Positions 26,693-35,262 of a DNA stretch of 51,379 nucleotides are shown here, one piece after another. Position numbers and translations under genes: made by a program. The notes below the pieces were generated by a model. That model was given only the letters and a program-made list of their open reading frames with translations. It had not been told where the DNA came from and made no database searches. Source of the DNA: a virus (Duplodnaviria; Caudoviricetes); IMG/VR virus record IMGVR_UViG_3300048834_000363, positions 1 to 51,379 of that record, one strand, 5' to 3'. How positions within the stretch are numbered: position 1 is the stretch's first letter; each line of letters begins with the position of its first letter.

Positions 26693-27169
26693 TCACGCCG
26701 GAAGGTCTAGGAATTTTTCGAGCGCATAGCTGATCGCTTGCGAATAGTGCTTTCGGGCGTTGGTGTGGCTCAATCCGCAGTCCGCGCCGATGGCCCGCCA
26801 GCCGCCGGGGAGGTCGTACCATTCCTGATGCGCCCGGGCTGAAACGATGCGCCGCCATTGTGGTGGTACACCGTCCAGCAGCGCCAAGGTGGGCAAACAA
26901 TCGTCGATCTGCTTCGCCGTCGGGAAGAAGCGGGGCGGCGTCATCAGGCGGCGGGTGATGTCGGCGGCGGAGAGCTTCGAGTTCTCGTTGCCCTCATCCC
27001 ACCATGTGTGCCGGTACGCCGGCCACAGCGTGTAGGTGCCTTTGGGGCCGTCGCCCGGCAGGCATTGCACGGTCAGACAAGCGATGTGGATGCGGTCGAT
27101 CAGCTGCGCCTTCAGGATGGCGGGATCGATCTGCGCCGGTTTAGCGATGGGGTAGACGGCAGTCCTCAA
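26693..27169 (-). CDS. Putative late transcription regulator (DUF6362-like, C-terminal HTH)
   Basis: PTAKQIDDCL...RRIVSARA...WRAIGADCGLSHTNARKHY; occupies the lambda Q position; TTG start overlaps an upstream TGA. Confidence 0.7.
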   Translation of the reverse strand: MRTAVYPIAKPAQIDPAILKAQLIDRIHIACLTVQCLPGDGPKGTYTLWPAYRHTWWDEGNENSKLSAADITRRLMTPPRFFPTAKQIDDCLPTLALLDGVPPQWRRIVSARAHQEWYDLPGGWRAIGADCGLSHTNARKHYSQAISYALEKFLDLPA

Positions 27170-27433
27170 GGGCGAACCTGCTGGCTGTCGATGACGGTGA
27201 TCTCGCGAAGCAGCGCGCCGTTCGGTGTAGCCACAACCTTTGCCATGGCGGTGAAGCTCTCCCTGCTGCCGAGGTCGAACCCCGATGAATGTAGGCCCGC
27301 GTTCGCCAACCAAGCCCCAGCGGCCCGGGCCGACATAGCCACCCGTTGTCATTGGCCGCGCCATTGGCTGCGCCGGCGGCGCAATCGCTGCCGCCGCCAC
27401 ACCAGCAAACAGTGCGCGTCTCGTGATCTTCAT
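27166..27433 (-). pseudogene. Small gene with an apparent 1-nt insertion in a G4 run
   Basis: MKITRRALFAG...GPTFIG continues as FDLGSRESFTAMAKV...VRP-stop only if one G at 27280..27283 is removed. Confidence 0.5.
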
Positions 27434-27687
27434 AGCGTGTACCTCGATAGCTTGCCATGCTGGATAGTGCGCTGCGCCAGCACCGTACCAGGGCCGGATT
27501 CCACGAAGCGCAGCACATGCACGGTGTAGGCCTTGGCCAAACCGTCGAGGCCGGCCTGTTTGAACACGGCTTTGGCCGCAGCCTTCTCGATGCGGCGCCA
27601 CAGCGCGTCGCTGGTTTGGAGATCGCGGGGATCGACGTGCGCCGGCAGCACGACCTTGACGACGTCCTGTTCGGTGGGGGCGCTCAT
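27430..27687 (-). CDS. Hypothetical protein
   Basis: 4-nt start/stop overlaps on both sides. Confidence 0.7.
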   Translation of the reverse strand: MSAPTEQDVVKVVLPAHVDPRDLQTSDALWRRIEKAAAKAVFKQAGLDGLAKAYTVHVLRFVESGPGTVLAQRTIQHGKLSRYTL

Positions 27688-28091
27688 TCGAGCCCCAGCT
27701 TCTTCAGGACGTCGGCCGCAACGGCTCGATACCGCTTCGTGAGATCCAGCGTGACGGGATCGATCGCCAGCACAGTGCGTCCATCGAGCATGAAGTGAAC
27801 TCCGGGCTTGAAGTTCAGGTGCAGCGAAATGCGATCACGCTCGCAGAGCGAATCCTCGATGACATGGATGGCGCGCCACTTGCAGGTCCAACCGGACTCA
27901 TACGGCCCACGCAGAACGACGTCCCCAGGCGTCTTGCCAGCCTCGATTGCGAAATGCCGCATCGGTGCAGGATGAGCGAAGATCGCGAGATGAACGCCTG
28001 GATCGACAGGCAGTCCGGCTTTTTCCGCCGCATTGATCACCTCAGAAGTGACCTCGACAATGCGCTGGAAGAGGGTGGCTGAATCGATCAT
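27684..28091 (-). CDS. Hypothetical protein
   Basis: 4-nt start/stop overlaps on both sides. Confidence 0.7.
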   Translation of the reverse strand: MIDSATLFQRIVEVTSEVINAAEKAGLPVDPGVHLAIFAHPAPMRHFAIEAGKTPGDVVLRGPYESGWTCKWRAIHVIEDSLCERDRISLHLNFKPGVHFMLDGRTVLAIDPVTLDLTKRYRAVAADVLKKLGLE

Positions 28092-28282
28092 CGTGTTGTC
28101 TTTCGATCATCTTGGTGCATGAGCTCGCGCACCATTTTGCGGACTGAGAGCAGGGCGGCGGCGACGTCGTTCCAGCGCGCCTTGCCGCTTCGGTTCGCGG
28201 CGCCATTGGCCTCACGGGCCAAACGTTCGAGGTCGCAATCGACGTCGTTTGCGGTCTTCTCGGAATCGGTGCGGCGGCTCAT
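28088..28282 (-). CDS. Hypothetical protein
   Basis: 4-nt start/stop overlaps on both sides. Confidence 0.65.
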   Translation of the reverse strand: MSRRTDSEKTANDVDCDLERLAREANGAANRSGKARWNDVAAALLSVRKMVRELMHQDDRKTTR

Positions 28283-28446
28283 CGTTCGCTCTCCGGGCAG
28301 TGTTGACGCAATTCGGCGCGGCTGGGCTCAGCGCTGTCGGCGGCGGCGTATTCGGCTCTAAGACGCGCCTCGCAGCGCTCCTGCCGATCGATGTTCGCCC
28401 AGTACGCCCACCAGGTCAGAACGATTAGGATCACGCCGGCCTTCAC
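28279..28446 (-). CDS. Small membrane protein
   Basis: GTGA overlap start; VILIVLTWWAYW hydrophobic segment. Confidence 0.55.
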   Translation of the reverse strand: MKAGVILIVLTWWAYWANIDRQERCEARLRAEYAAADSAEPSRAELRQHCPESER

Positions 28447-29144
28447 TGAAAAATCTCCGGATGCAGCTCGCGCTCGATCGCTGCGGCCTCGGCCTCGCGA
28501 TTGCCTTCGATGATCGCTTGCATGATGCTCGGTTCGGCCTTTTTCGGCTTTCCGCCGCCACCACGAAGCACCGCAACGGTGCGGTCGTGGATGGCCTGGA
28601 TCTGGGCGCGTTCTTCCTCGGTGGGCGGCGGATATTCGCGCTCCGGCGGTTTTGGCTTCTCGATGGTTTGGAGTGCCGCCAGCAGCGTACGGCGGCGGGC
28701 GAATTCCTTGTCGAGCAGGTCTTGCAGCTCTTTCCACTGCGGCCAGAATTTCGAGGTGCGATGCCAGCCGCCGACGACGTGCAAAGCGATGTCGGCGGGG
28801 TAGCGCCGCAGTTCGGCGACATAGGCGAGCATCTGCAGCTCTTCGCTGCCGTCGTCGCCCTCACGCCTCGCCACGAGCTGCGAGAGCGTGGCCAGGGCTC
28901 GCGTCAACTCGCTCTCCGTCGCCGGTTGGAGCATTTTCTTGGCCTGCGTCACCGCCAGATCGATCTTCGGCGAATCCGTGATCGATACAAAAACCTTCTT
29001 CGTTTGGTGTGGCGCGTTCGAGCTGATCGGCCGCTCTTCGAGCCTCAATCCGCAGCGCTGCTCGAACCAGGCCGCCGCGCGCTGGTCGCGCTCCGCTGGC
29101 GTCAGAAGGGCGGCTTCCTGGGACGTGGCGATCAGGTCTTGCAT
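28443..29144 (-). CDS. Putative replication accessory protein (helicase loader-like)
   Basis: Follows the initiator; AYVAELRRYPADI...SKFWPQWKEL pattern. Confidence 0.65.
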   Translation of the reverse strand: MQDLIATSQEAALLTPAERDQRAAAWFEQRCGLRLEERPISSNAPHQTKKVFVSITDSPKIDLAVTQAKKMLQPATESELTRALATLSQLVARREGDDGSEELQMLAYVAELRRYPADIALHVVGGWHRTSKFWPQWKELQDLLDKEFARRRTLLAALQTIEKPKPPEREYPPPTEEERAQIQAIHDRTVAVLRGGGGKPKKAEPSIMQAIIEGNREAEAAAIERELHPEIFQ

Positions 29145-30096
29145 GGTTGGCCTCCGGGTTGAGGCGACGATCGCGATTAGCGCGCGCCGTTTCGGAAATT
29201 GCGGGATGGGTGAACGAATGCAGCGGTTTCGGCCCCGCTGCGCAGGAAGCGGCGACGGCGCGCACTGCGGGCTCGACGTCGAGTTCCCAGTCGCACGGCT
29301 GGTCGCCATTGGTCGGTTCGCAGAGCGAGCGCAGTGGCGCGATATTGGCGAGCCCTGTCGTGGTGCGGTTGATGCCCGGCAGCGTGTCGACCAGCGCTTT
29401 GACGCGAACAAACCATTCGGTTGCGCTGAGCGCCGCAGGCCCGCCGCCGCTGCTGTCACGCTCAGGACCAGTCACAGGTGGAGCAGGTTTAGCTATATCC
29501 TCTCCTGTCCTGTCACTGTCCTTTCCCTGTAACTGTCTAGCCGTGACATTGGCCTCACCTGTCACGCCACCTGTCACGTTTTCTTCGTGACCGGTTTGCG
29601 TGACGTGTTTAGCGTGAAGCGCCCGCAAATCGGTGGTTTTGATGTTCCACGACGGCGTAACCCCTTGTTCTGAAAGCTCCGAGAACATGCGCTGACGATC
29701 GTCGCGCTCGCGCTTCTTGCGATCGTTTTCGGTGCGGCTCTGTTTTCGGCCTGACCACGACTCCAAAGCGATCTCAGCGACGGTCTTGTGATAGAGCCGC
29801 CCATCGCTGCACTTGATCCAGCCGCGCAGCGCCGCCGCTTTCACCTTGCGCCACTGCGAAACGGCGACGCCGTAGCCCGCATATTCGGACAGCAAAGCGT
29901 CGTCGTCGGGCAGGCTCGCAGCCGGCACTTCCTTCGCATAGCTGTGCCACCACAGCCGCAGCGCCGCGATCTTGGCGTCAGGCTTCGCGCCGATCCACGT
30001 CGCCGACGTGAACAATCGATCGCCGAAAAGCGGCATGAATTCGAAGCCGCGCAGGTCGCAGTCTGGAGGCGTCAAGGGGGCGGGAAGGTCGCTCAC
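28861..30096 (-). CDS. Replication initiator (DUF1376/YdaU family)
   Basis: PLTPPDCDLRGFEFMPL, LPDDDALL, WIKCSDGRLYH; contains internal iteron-like repeats. Confidence 0.85.
   Translation of the reverse strand: MSDLPAPLTPPDCDLRGFEFMPLFGDRLFTSATWIGAKPDAKIAALRLWWHSYAKEVPAASLPDDDALLSEYAGYGVAVSQWRKVKAAALRGWIKCSDGRLYHKTVAEIALESWSGRKQSRTENDRKKRERDDRQRMFSELSEQGVTPSWNIKTTDLRALHAKHVTQTGHEENVTGGVTGEANVTARQLQGKDSDRTGEDIAKPAPPVTGPERDSSGGGPAALSATEWFVRVKALVDTLPGINRTTTGLANIAPLRSLCEPTNGDQPCDWELDVEPAVRAVAASCAAGPKPLHSFTHPAISETARANRDRRLNPEANHARPDRHVPGSRPSDASGARPARGGLVRAALRIEARRAADQLERATPNEEGFCIDHGFAEDRSGGDAGQENAPTGDGERVDASPGHALAARGEA
29454..29604. repeat. Iteron-like GTCAC/GTGAC cluster, probable replication origin
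   Basis: At least 8 GTCAC/GTGAC copies in both orientations, including CACCTGTCACG at 29556..29566 and 29568..29578, in a lower-GC patch inside the initiator gene. Confidence 0.7.
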
Positions 30097-30911
30097 GCGC
30101 TCGCCTTTCCATCGGTTAGGATAGCAGGCGGCTTCGGTTTCCACTTCTCAAAATCGGCCTCGATCTCGGCGTAGTTGCGCGGGTGCTGCGCCTTGAAGTC
30201 GGGCATCTGCGCAGGCACTAAGCGACCGCGATCGCTGGCGTGATGGGTCAACCATTTCAGTGTGAGCCACCGGTGGATCGAAATCTTGAGGTCGGCGAAA
30301 TCCTGCCGCGTCACGTAGCCCTGGCGTTCGGCCAAGATCGCAATCTTTATTGCCCGCACCTTCCAGTCCGTGAGCTGGACCGGCCCTGATGCGCCAGCGA
30401 CGACATCGGGCACATATTCCGGCAACATGTGCCGCTGCGCGGTGCATCGATCGAACCAGTCGCGCATTTTCCAGGGGTCCGAACCGCTCGGCAGATCGGG
30501 CTCAAAGGCGGCGCGGCGAACGCGCCCGAAGCCTTTGACCTCCATCGATAGCTGGCCATGCTTCGTGATTGGCCCAGGCCCAGCGGCGCGGATCACGGTG
30601 ATCCCAAGCGCGGCGCAAATCGTGACGAGACCGTTCTGACACTTCGCCCCCGGCACAAGCACGGCGCGGCAGTCCGGACCAACAGGCTCGGCGCCAAGCC
30701 AGCCGTCGCTTTCGATGGCCTGGCACACCACGGCCGGGTTCAACAACAGCTTGGCCTGGACGCCGATCTGGAAGCCGTCGGGGGCGACGCACAAGACATC
30801 CCAGCCCGCGGTTTCAGGGTACGGAGTCCAGCCCTTGAGGCGCACCCATTCACAGAATTGGGCGCACATGGCGGCTTCGGAATCGTATGGGGTGGCGACG
30901 CTCTTTTTCAT
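30093..30911 (-). CDS. Hypothetical protein with a PD-(D/E)xK-like N-terminus
   Basis: YPETAGWDVLCV...IGVQAKL. Confidence 0.7.
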   Translation of the reverse strand: MKKSVATPYDSEAAMCAQFCEWVRLKGWTPYPETAGWDVLCVAPDGFQIGVQAKLLLNPAVVCQAIESDGWLGAEPVGPDCRAVLVPGAKCQNGLVTICAALGITVIRAAGPGPITKHGQLSMEVKGFGRVRRAAFEPDLPSGSDPWKMRDWFDRCTAQRHMLPEYVPDVVAGASGPVQLTDWKVRAIKIAILAERQGYVTRQDFADLKISIHRWLTLKWLTHHASDRGRLVPAQMPDFKAQHPRNYAEIEADFEKWKPKPPAILTDGKASA

Positions 30912-31241
30912 TCAGCGCGGCCCGCTTTGTTTAGGGGGGGGGGATTTCAAGGCGCCGTCGATTTGGGCGGCCAAGGCGCGGCCTTCGGCGGTGATCTGCA
31001 CGTCGCGACGTTTGCTGCCGCCGCCGCGACAAACGCGCTGCACATAGCCGCGCGACTCCAGCGCATCGGTAAGCCGCGACACCACCGGCGCTGAGGCCTC
31101 AATTCGCCAAGCCAGATGCTTGAACGAAAGGCGGCCATCCTTGGCCGCGTCGAGCGCGCTTATCGCGGCAGCAGCGCGCACGGTCAGCGGGGCGGGAATG
31201 AGCCGCGCCAGCGCGACAAGGGATGCTGTGGCGCCGCTCAT
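30912..31241 (-). CDS. MarR-family winged-helix regulator
   Basis: VVSRLTDALESRGYVQR...KRRDVQITAEGRAL. Confidence 0.8.
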   Translation of the reverse strand: MSGATASLVALARLIPAPLTVRAAAAISALDAAKDGRLSFKHLAWRIEASAPVVSRLTDALESRGYVQRVCRGGGSKRRDVQITAEGRALAAQIDGALKSPPPKQSGPR

Positions 31242-32083
31242 GCCGCGCTCGCTTGCTGCGCCGCCAGCGCCCCCTTGATCTTATCCCTGAGCCGGGCGCG
31301 CGCGGTGTCGCCTTGGTGGCGGGGCTTCTCGCCGCGCGCATCGCTGTCGAGCTGGTCGAGCTCGATCGCCTCGAACTGGGCGATGAAGGGCTTCGCCAGC
31401 GGCAGCTTGGGATATTCCGCGATGATCTCGCACAGCGACTGGATCGCGTTGGCGTGCACGGCCCCGGGGACGTTGTTTGACGTCTCCGTGATGCAGCGCA
31501 GCGCCAGTTTGAGCGTGTCGGCGCTGTAGCGCTTGATGCAGTTCTTGAGCGTGCCGATGGCACTGGTTTCGCCGGGTTTCAGCGACGAATTCTGGATCGG
31601 GTACGGCGCGATCGAGACGCCGGCCTCACGACAGATATTGACCAAGGCGAGCGCCGAGGGATCGCCCGACACAACGGCGGCGCGGAAGGTCGTCAGCGCC
31701 AAGACGCGCACGACGTTGCCGTTGATCGCGGCAAAGGCTGCGGCTTGCTCTGCCTCGGAGGCGTCGGAGATCAGGCAAGGCGCCGCAGTGATGTCGAGCA
31801 GCGCAAGCGCGGTGGCGCGGTGCTGGCCGTCGATGACGGCGTATTGTTGCGGATCGGTGCTGGCGATCGGCGCCACGCGCAACGCCCCGAACTTGAGCCA
31901 AGAAAATTCCGAGGCGATGCGCCGGATCGCGGTGATGCTGTCGCGGCCAAGCGGGCGCTGATAGGCTTCGTTGACGCGCAAATTCGCGATCGGAATCCAG
32001 TCGAAGGTCGGCTTCGGCCCCCGATTGAGCGGGGTGTGCTCAGGCTGGATCATGTCGGCGGCGGTGATGCGGCGGTAGGTCAT
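31238..32083 (-). CDS. ParB-like N-domain protein (DUF6551-like)
   Basis: VNEAYQRPL, YAVIDGQHRATA, EQAAAFAAING. Confidence 0.8.
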   Translation of the reverse strand: MTYRRITAADMIQPEHTPLNRGPKPTFDWIPIANLRVNEAYQRPLGRDSITAIRRIASEFSWLKFGALRVAPIASTDPQQYAVIDGQHRATALALLDITAAPCLISDASEAEQAAAFAAINGNVVRVLALTTFRAAVVSGDPSALALVNICREAGVSIAPYPIQNSSLKPGETSAIGTLKNCIKRYSADTLKLALRCITETSNNVPGAVHANAIQSLCEIIAEYPKLPLAKPFIAQFEAIELDQLDSDARGEKPRHQGDTARARLRDKIKGALAAQQASAA

Positions 32084-32580
32084 CGATAATAACTCGCTGC
32101 GCGGATGAATTGACGGACGATGGAGCCGGGGCGGTGGTAGCGGCCGCCCTGGTAGGCGAGGGCGGTGTGCTCGGCGCAGTAGGGGAGCTTTGCGGCCTTT
32201 GGCCGGCCGCAGCAGAGCTGCTGCTTTGGATCGTATTCACCGATCGGCCACATGCAGGAGGTGCTCGCCGTATCAAGCAGCGCGACGGGCTCGGCCTCAC
32301 CGATCGGCTTCCACGCATCTTCACGGGCGGGAGGCGCCACACCGAACATCGGATCGCCTTCCTCGACGATAGGTGAGGCGTCACGGCGCGGTCGGCCCTT
32401 TGGTTTCGATGGCGGCGTCACACCGAGCGCGATGTTGAGCCGTGCGCAGCGGCCGACGACGGCGAGCTCGGTGATGTGCATGCGGTGCGCGATCTGGCTT
32501 GGGCGCAGACCTTCAGCCGCAAGCGTGCGCAGCTGCTCGATGCGCTCTGGCGTCCAGGATGAGGCGACAACAGCGTTCAT
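32080..32580 (-). CDS. gcrA: GcrA-family cell-cycle regulator homologue
   Basis: WTPERIEQLRTL...SQIA...AVVGRCARL and CMWPIGE...CG...PYCAEHTALAYQ. Confidence 0.88.
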   Translation of the reverse strand: MNAVVASSWTPERIEQLRTLAAEGLRPSQIAHRMHITELAVVGRCARLNIALGVTPPSKPKGRPRRDASPIVEEGDPMFGVAPPAREDAWKPIGEAEPVALLDTASTSCMWPIGEYDPKQQLCCGRPKAAKLPYCAEHTALAYQGGRYHRPGSIVRQFIRAASYYR

Positions 32581-32855
32581 GCCGGCGCCTGCTGTTGCTT
32601 GCGCGGCAAGCCGTTGATCATGTTGCTGCGGATGTCGCAGCGCGCCGATCGCATCGCGGCAACAAAGCTGGCGTCGACGAGCTTGACCTCGACGGTTTCG
32701 CCACGATCGGCCCAGAACGCCTCGATGCGCGCCTTCAAGCGCTTGGCGCCCTCGACGGTGCACCAATCGCGCGGTTCATCTGGATGGCGCACCGCGGCCT
32801 GCACTTCGGCCTCGCGGTCGCCCATGTAGAAACGCTGTGCGCGGTCACGTGGCAT
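32577..32855 (-). CDS. Hypothetical protein
   Basis: GAKRLKARIEAFWADRG...DIRSNMINGLP; ATGA overlap with gcrA. Confidence 0.7.
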   Translation of the reverse strand: MPRDRAQRFYMGDREAEVQAAVRHPDEPRDWCTVEGAKRLKARIEAFWADRGETVEVKLVDASFVAAMRSARCDIRSNMINGLPRKQQQAPA

Positions 32856-33546
32856 CGCTGAACTCCGTCTCCTGATGTGGCTCGACCTCATTCCCCCAGG
32901 CGTCCCAGCCGGGCGCTGCGGTGCGGGCGAACAGTTCGAGGTATGGGCCCGCGACCTGGCGCTCGATGTCGGCGCGGACGCTGGCGGGCTTTTCGGAATG
33001 GCGCCCACGCGGGGCGATGATCAGTGCGCGCGGCGGATCTCGGAAGCGCGGGGCGCCGCGTGTCGCGATGAACAGGATTTCGGGATTGCCGCGCGCGATG
33101 TAGCCGGTGCCCATCGGGAAGTTCTGATCGAGAGAGAGCGTCGGATCGAAGCCGGCCTTGCGAGTCTTCGCCCAGATGCGTGCCGTGTTTTGCTTGAAGC
33201 CCCAGGCTTCGATCACCTGCAGCGCCTGCGGGATCATGTTCAGCACGCCCCAGAAGAAAAGCACGCTGTCGCGCGCGGCGAGCTGGCCGACATCGAGTGC
33301 GCACATCTCGTCGACCGCCATCGTGGGATAGTGGTTGAGCTCGTCGGCGAAGCCGCCCTCGTTATCGAGCAGCGGAGCGGGTGCGACGTAGTCTTGACCG
33401 TCGGGCGATCGACCGCGCCCCTTGCGCGAGTGCGTGCTGAAGCGCCAAGGATTGTCGGCAAGGATCGCGCCATAGCCAGACACGCCGGAGATCCAATCGC
33501 GCTGCACATCACGCGCGCCACGAACGAAGGTGCCGCCGGCAAGCAT
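32845..33546 (-). CDS. MT-A70 family N6-adenine methyltransferase
   Basis: ILADNPW, HYPTM, VIEAWGF, MGTGYIARGNPE, HSEKP, LELFAR, GWDAWGNE. Confidence 0.9.
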   Translation of the reverse strand: MLAGGTFVRGARDVQRDWISGVSGYGAILADNPWRFSTHSRKGRGRSPDGQDYVAPAPLLDNEGGFADELNHYPTMAVDEMCALDVGQLAARDSVLFFWGVLNMIPQALQVIEAWGFKQNTARIWAKTRKAGFDPTLSLDQNFPMGTGYIARGNPEILFIATRGAPRFRDPPRALIIAPRGRHSEKPASVRADIERQVAGPYLELFARTAAPGWDAWGNEVEPHQETEFSDAT

Positions 33547-33637
33547 CAGACCGCGCACTCCAGCATGATCGCATAAACCTCAGCGGCGATGCCGACGAGC
33601 GCGATCGCAATGAAGGCGGCGCCGATAATGAGCCCGA

Positions 33638-33937
33638 TCATGATGCCTGCTCCAGCTTGTGCGCTTCGCGGAAGGCGGCGATTTGTGCGGCGTGGCGTTG
33701 TGCGGCGGCACTCGCTGTCTTGGCCGAGACCCCCAGCGCTTGCGCTGCGCGCTCCGCCGACCATTTGCGCTGCACGATGAGCTTCCAGAACAGCGCATCC
33801 CGCGCCGCCGCGATGTGCTCGCCGTGGCGCGCATCCTTGCGCTTCAGCGAGCGCGTACGGATGCCGTAATGCGCTGCGATCTCGCGCATCTCGACTGAGA
33901 GCGTGTGACCGGGGAGGGCGCCGAAGGGAACGATCAT
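33638..33937 (-). CDS. Small HTH protein resembling the DnaA C-terminal domain
   Basis: EIAAHYGI...IAAARDALFW...SAERAAQALG. Confidence 0.6.
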   Translation of the reverse strand: MIVPFGALPGHTLSVEMREIAAHYGIRTRSLKRKDARHGEHIAAARDALFWKLIVQRKWSAERAAQALGVSAKTASAAAQRHAAQIAAFREAHKLEQAS

Positions 33938-34476
33938 TCACGCCGCGCCCCGCGTGCTGCGAACAGCGGATCGTAGAGCGGCGCATGTTCGGGGAAGAAA
34001 TGGGTGACGCCATGCACGAAGCAGCCGAGCGCGTCGGCCTCGTGATCGTTGGCGGGGGAGAAGCCGCGCCGCTTCGCTGCGGCGATCATGTCGTGCTTCT
34101 GCGCGCGGCCGCTGCCGGCGAATTCCTTTTTGAGCGTGACGGTGACGACCTCGAGAACGGGGATGTCGCGCGCGAAGCAAATCTCTTCACACACCGCTGC
34201 GGCCCCGAAGGCGCGGCGGATTTGGTTCGGGCTTTCGTGCCAGCGGCCGTCGGCGCCCTTGTGCCTCGCGACGTACGGAGCTTCGAAGACAACGAGCGTG
34301 ATGCCGCGCATCAGGCGATCATCGAGCTTGTTGCGCAGCGCATGCATGAAGGCGCCGACTTCGTCGCCGTCGCCGCTGGGCATCGTCCAGGTCTCGGTGA
34401 TGATGCGATGCGGAGGGGCGCCGGCGTCGCCATAAGCGACACCGGTCTTGGTTGCGAAATCCAATCCAAGGATCAT
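33934..34476 (-). CDS. RuvC-like Holliday junction resolvase
   Basis: ILGLDFATKTG, VVFEAP, LKKEFAGSGRAQK, DHEADALG. Confidence 0.88.
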   Translation of the reverse strand: MILGLDFATKTGVAYGDAGAPPHRIITETWTMPSGDGDEVGAFMHALRNKLDDRLMRGITLVVFEAPYVARHKGADGRWHESPNQIRRAFGAAAVCEEICFARDIPVLEVVTVTLKKEFAGSGRAQKHDMIAAAKRRGFSPANDHEADALGCFVHGVTHFFPEHAPLYDPLFAARGARRE

Positions 34477-34501
34477 GTCAGCCCCCGCCGATCAGCCGCG
34501 T

Positions 34502-34897
34502 TTAGTTCAAGCCCGGCGCCGGAGCGCTGGCGCGTTCGGTGAAGACGAGCTCGCCTTGCTCGGCGCGGCCCAAGGCGACACGCATGTCGTCGAACGCCTT
34601 GAGGAATGCGTCGCGTGCTTCGTCTTCCATGCGTTCGAGCTTGATCCACAGCGCGGCGGCGCCGCGATGAATGCCGTGATCTTCTTCCGCCGCCTTCACC
34701 GCCGCGCCGATCTCGCCGCGAATGGACGCGGCTTTCGATTTCAGCGTGTTGATGTTTTTGACGTGGCCGACAAACTTCTCCGGATCGAACTCGGAGATGT
34801 CGTCGTCACGCTCGACGTCGGACGCGCGGCTCGATTGCGCAGCCTTCGCCGTCGGCTTCCTGATCTCGCTCTTCTTGCTGCCTGCTTTCGCCGCCAT
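34502..34897 (-). CDS. GapR/DUF2312-like DNA-binding protein
   Basis: KFVGHVKNINTL...EIGAAVKAAE...WIKLERME...MRVALG pattern; divergent from the family. Confidence 0.6.
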   Translation of the reverse strand: MAAKAGSKKSEIRKPTAKAAQSSRASDVERDDDISEFDPEKFVGHVKNINTLKSKAASIRGEIGAAVKAAEEDHGIHRGAAALWIKLERMEDEARDAFLKAFDDMRVALGRAEQGELVFTERASAPAPGLN

Positions 34898-35171
34898 ACT
34901 CGGCTCCTTTTTGCTTTCGGGGGATGCGCGTGCGGGGACCGCCGTTTTGGAGCGCGCGAAGGCGCTCCCAGGCCGCGCGCAATCGGCCTGTGGTCAGGTC
35001 ACAACCGGATTCGAGCCGGTGGATTTGCCGGCCGTGGTTGAAAATGATGGAGCTCACCGTCGCGGGTGAGATTTTTGGGGTGCGGCTGTTTGCGTACGCA
35101 TGCGCTGCGACGAGAAATTCGCGCACCTCGGGTGACACGGCCTGTGGAAAGGGGATTTCTTGTTCCGACAT
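34806..35171 (-). CDS. Cro-like repressor
   Basis: Divergent from CI; ATVSSIIFNHGRQIHRLESGCDLTTGRL. Confidence 0.75.
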   Translation of the reverse strand: MSEQEIPFPQAVSPEVREFLVAAHAYANSRTPKISPATVSSIIFNHGRQIHRLESGCDLTTGRLRAAWERLRALQNGGPRTRIPRKQKGAEYGGESRQQEERDQEADGEGCAIEPRVRRRA

Positions 35172-35184
35172 GCGCGCATTGGGT

Positions 35185-35238
35185 GCGTCAGATTTGACGG
35201 AGACGTCAAGCCCATTAATGACGCGTCAAAGATTACGC
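35185..35238. promoter_or_regulatory. Lysis/lysogeny switch with operator palindromes and overlapping TTGACG -35 boxes
   Basis: GCGTCAGATTTGACG (35185..35199) and GCGTCAAAGATTACGC (35223..35238); the same motif recurs at 36624..36639. Confidence 0.75.
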
Positions 35239-35262
35239 TCACAGATTTTTTGAGATGGAGCG

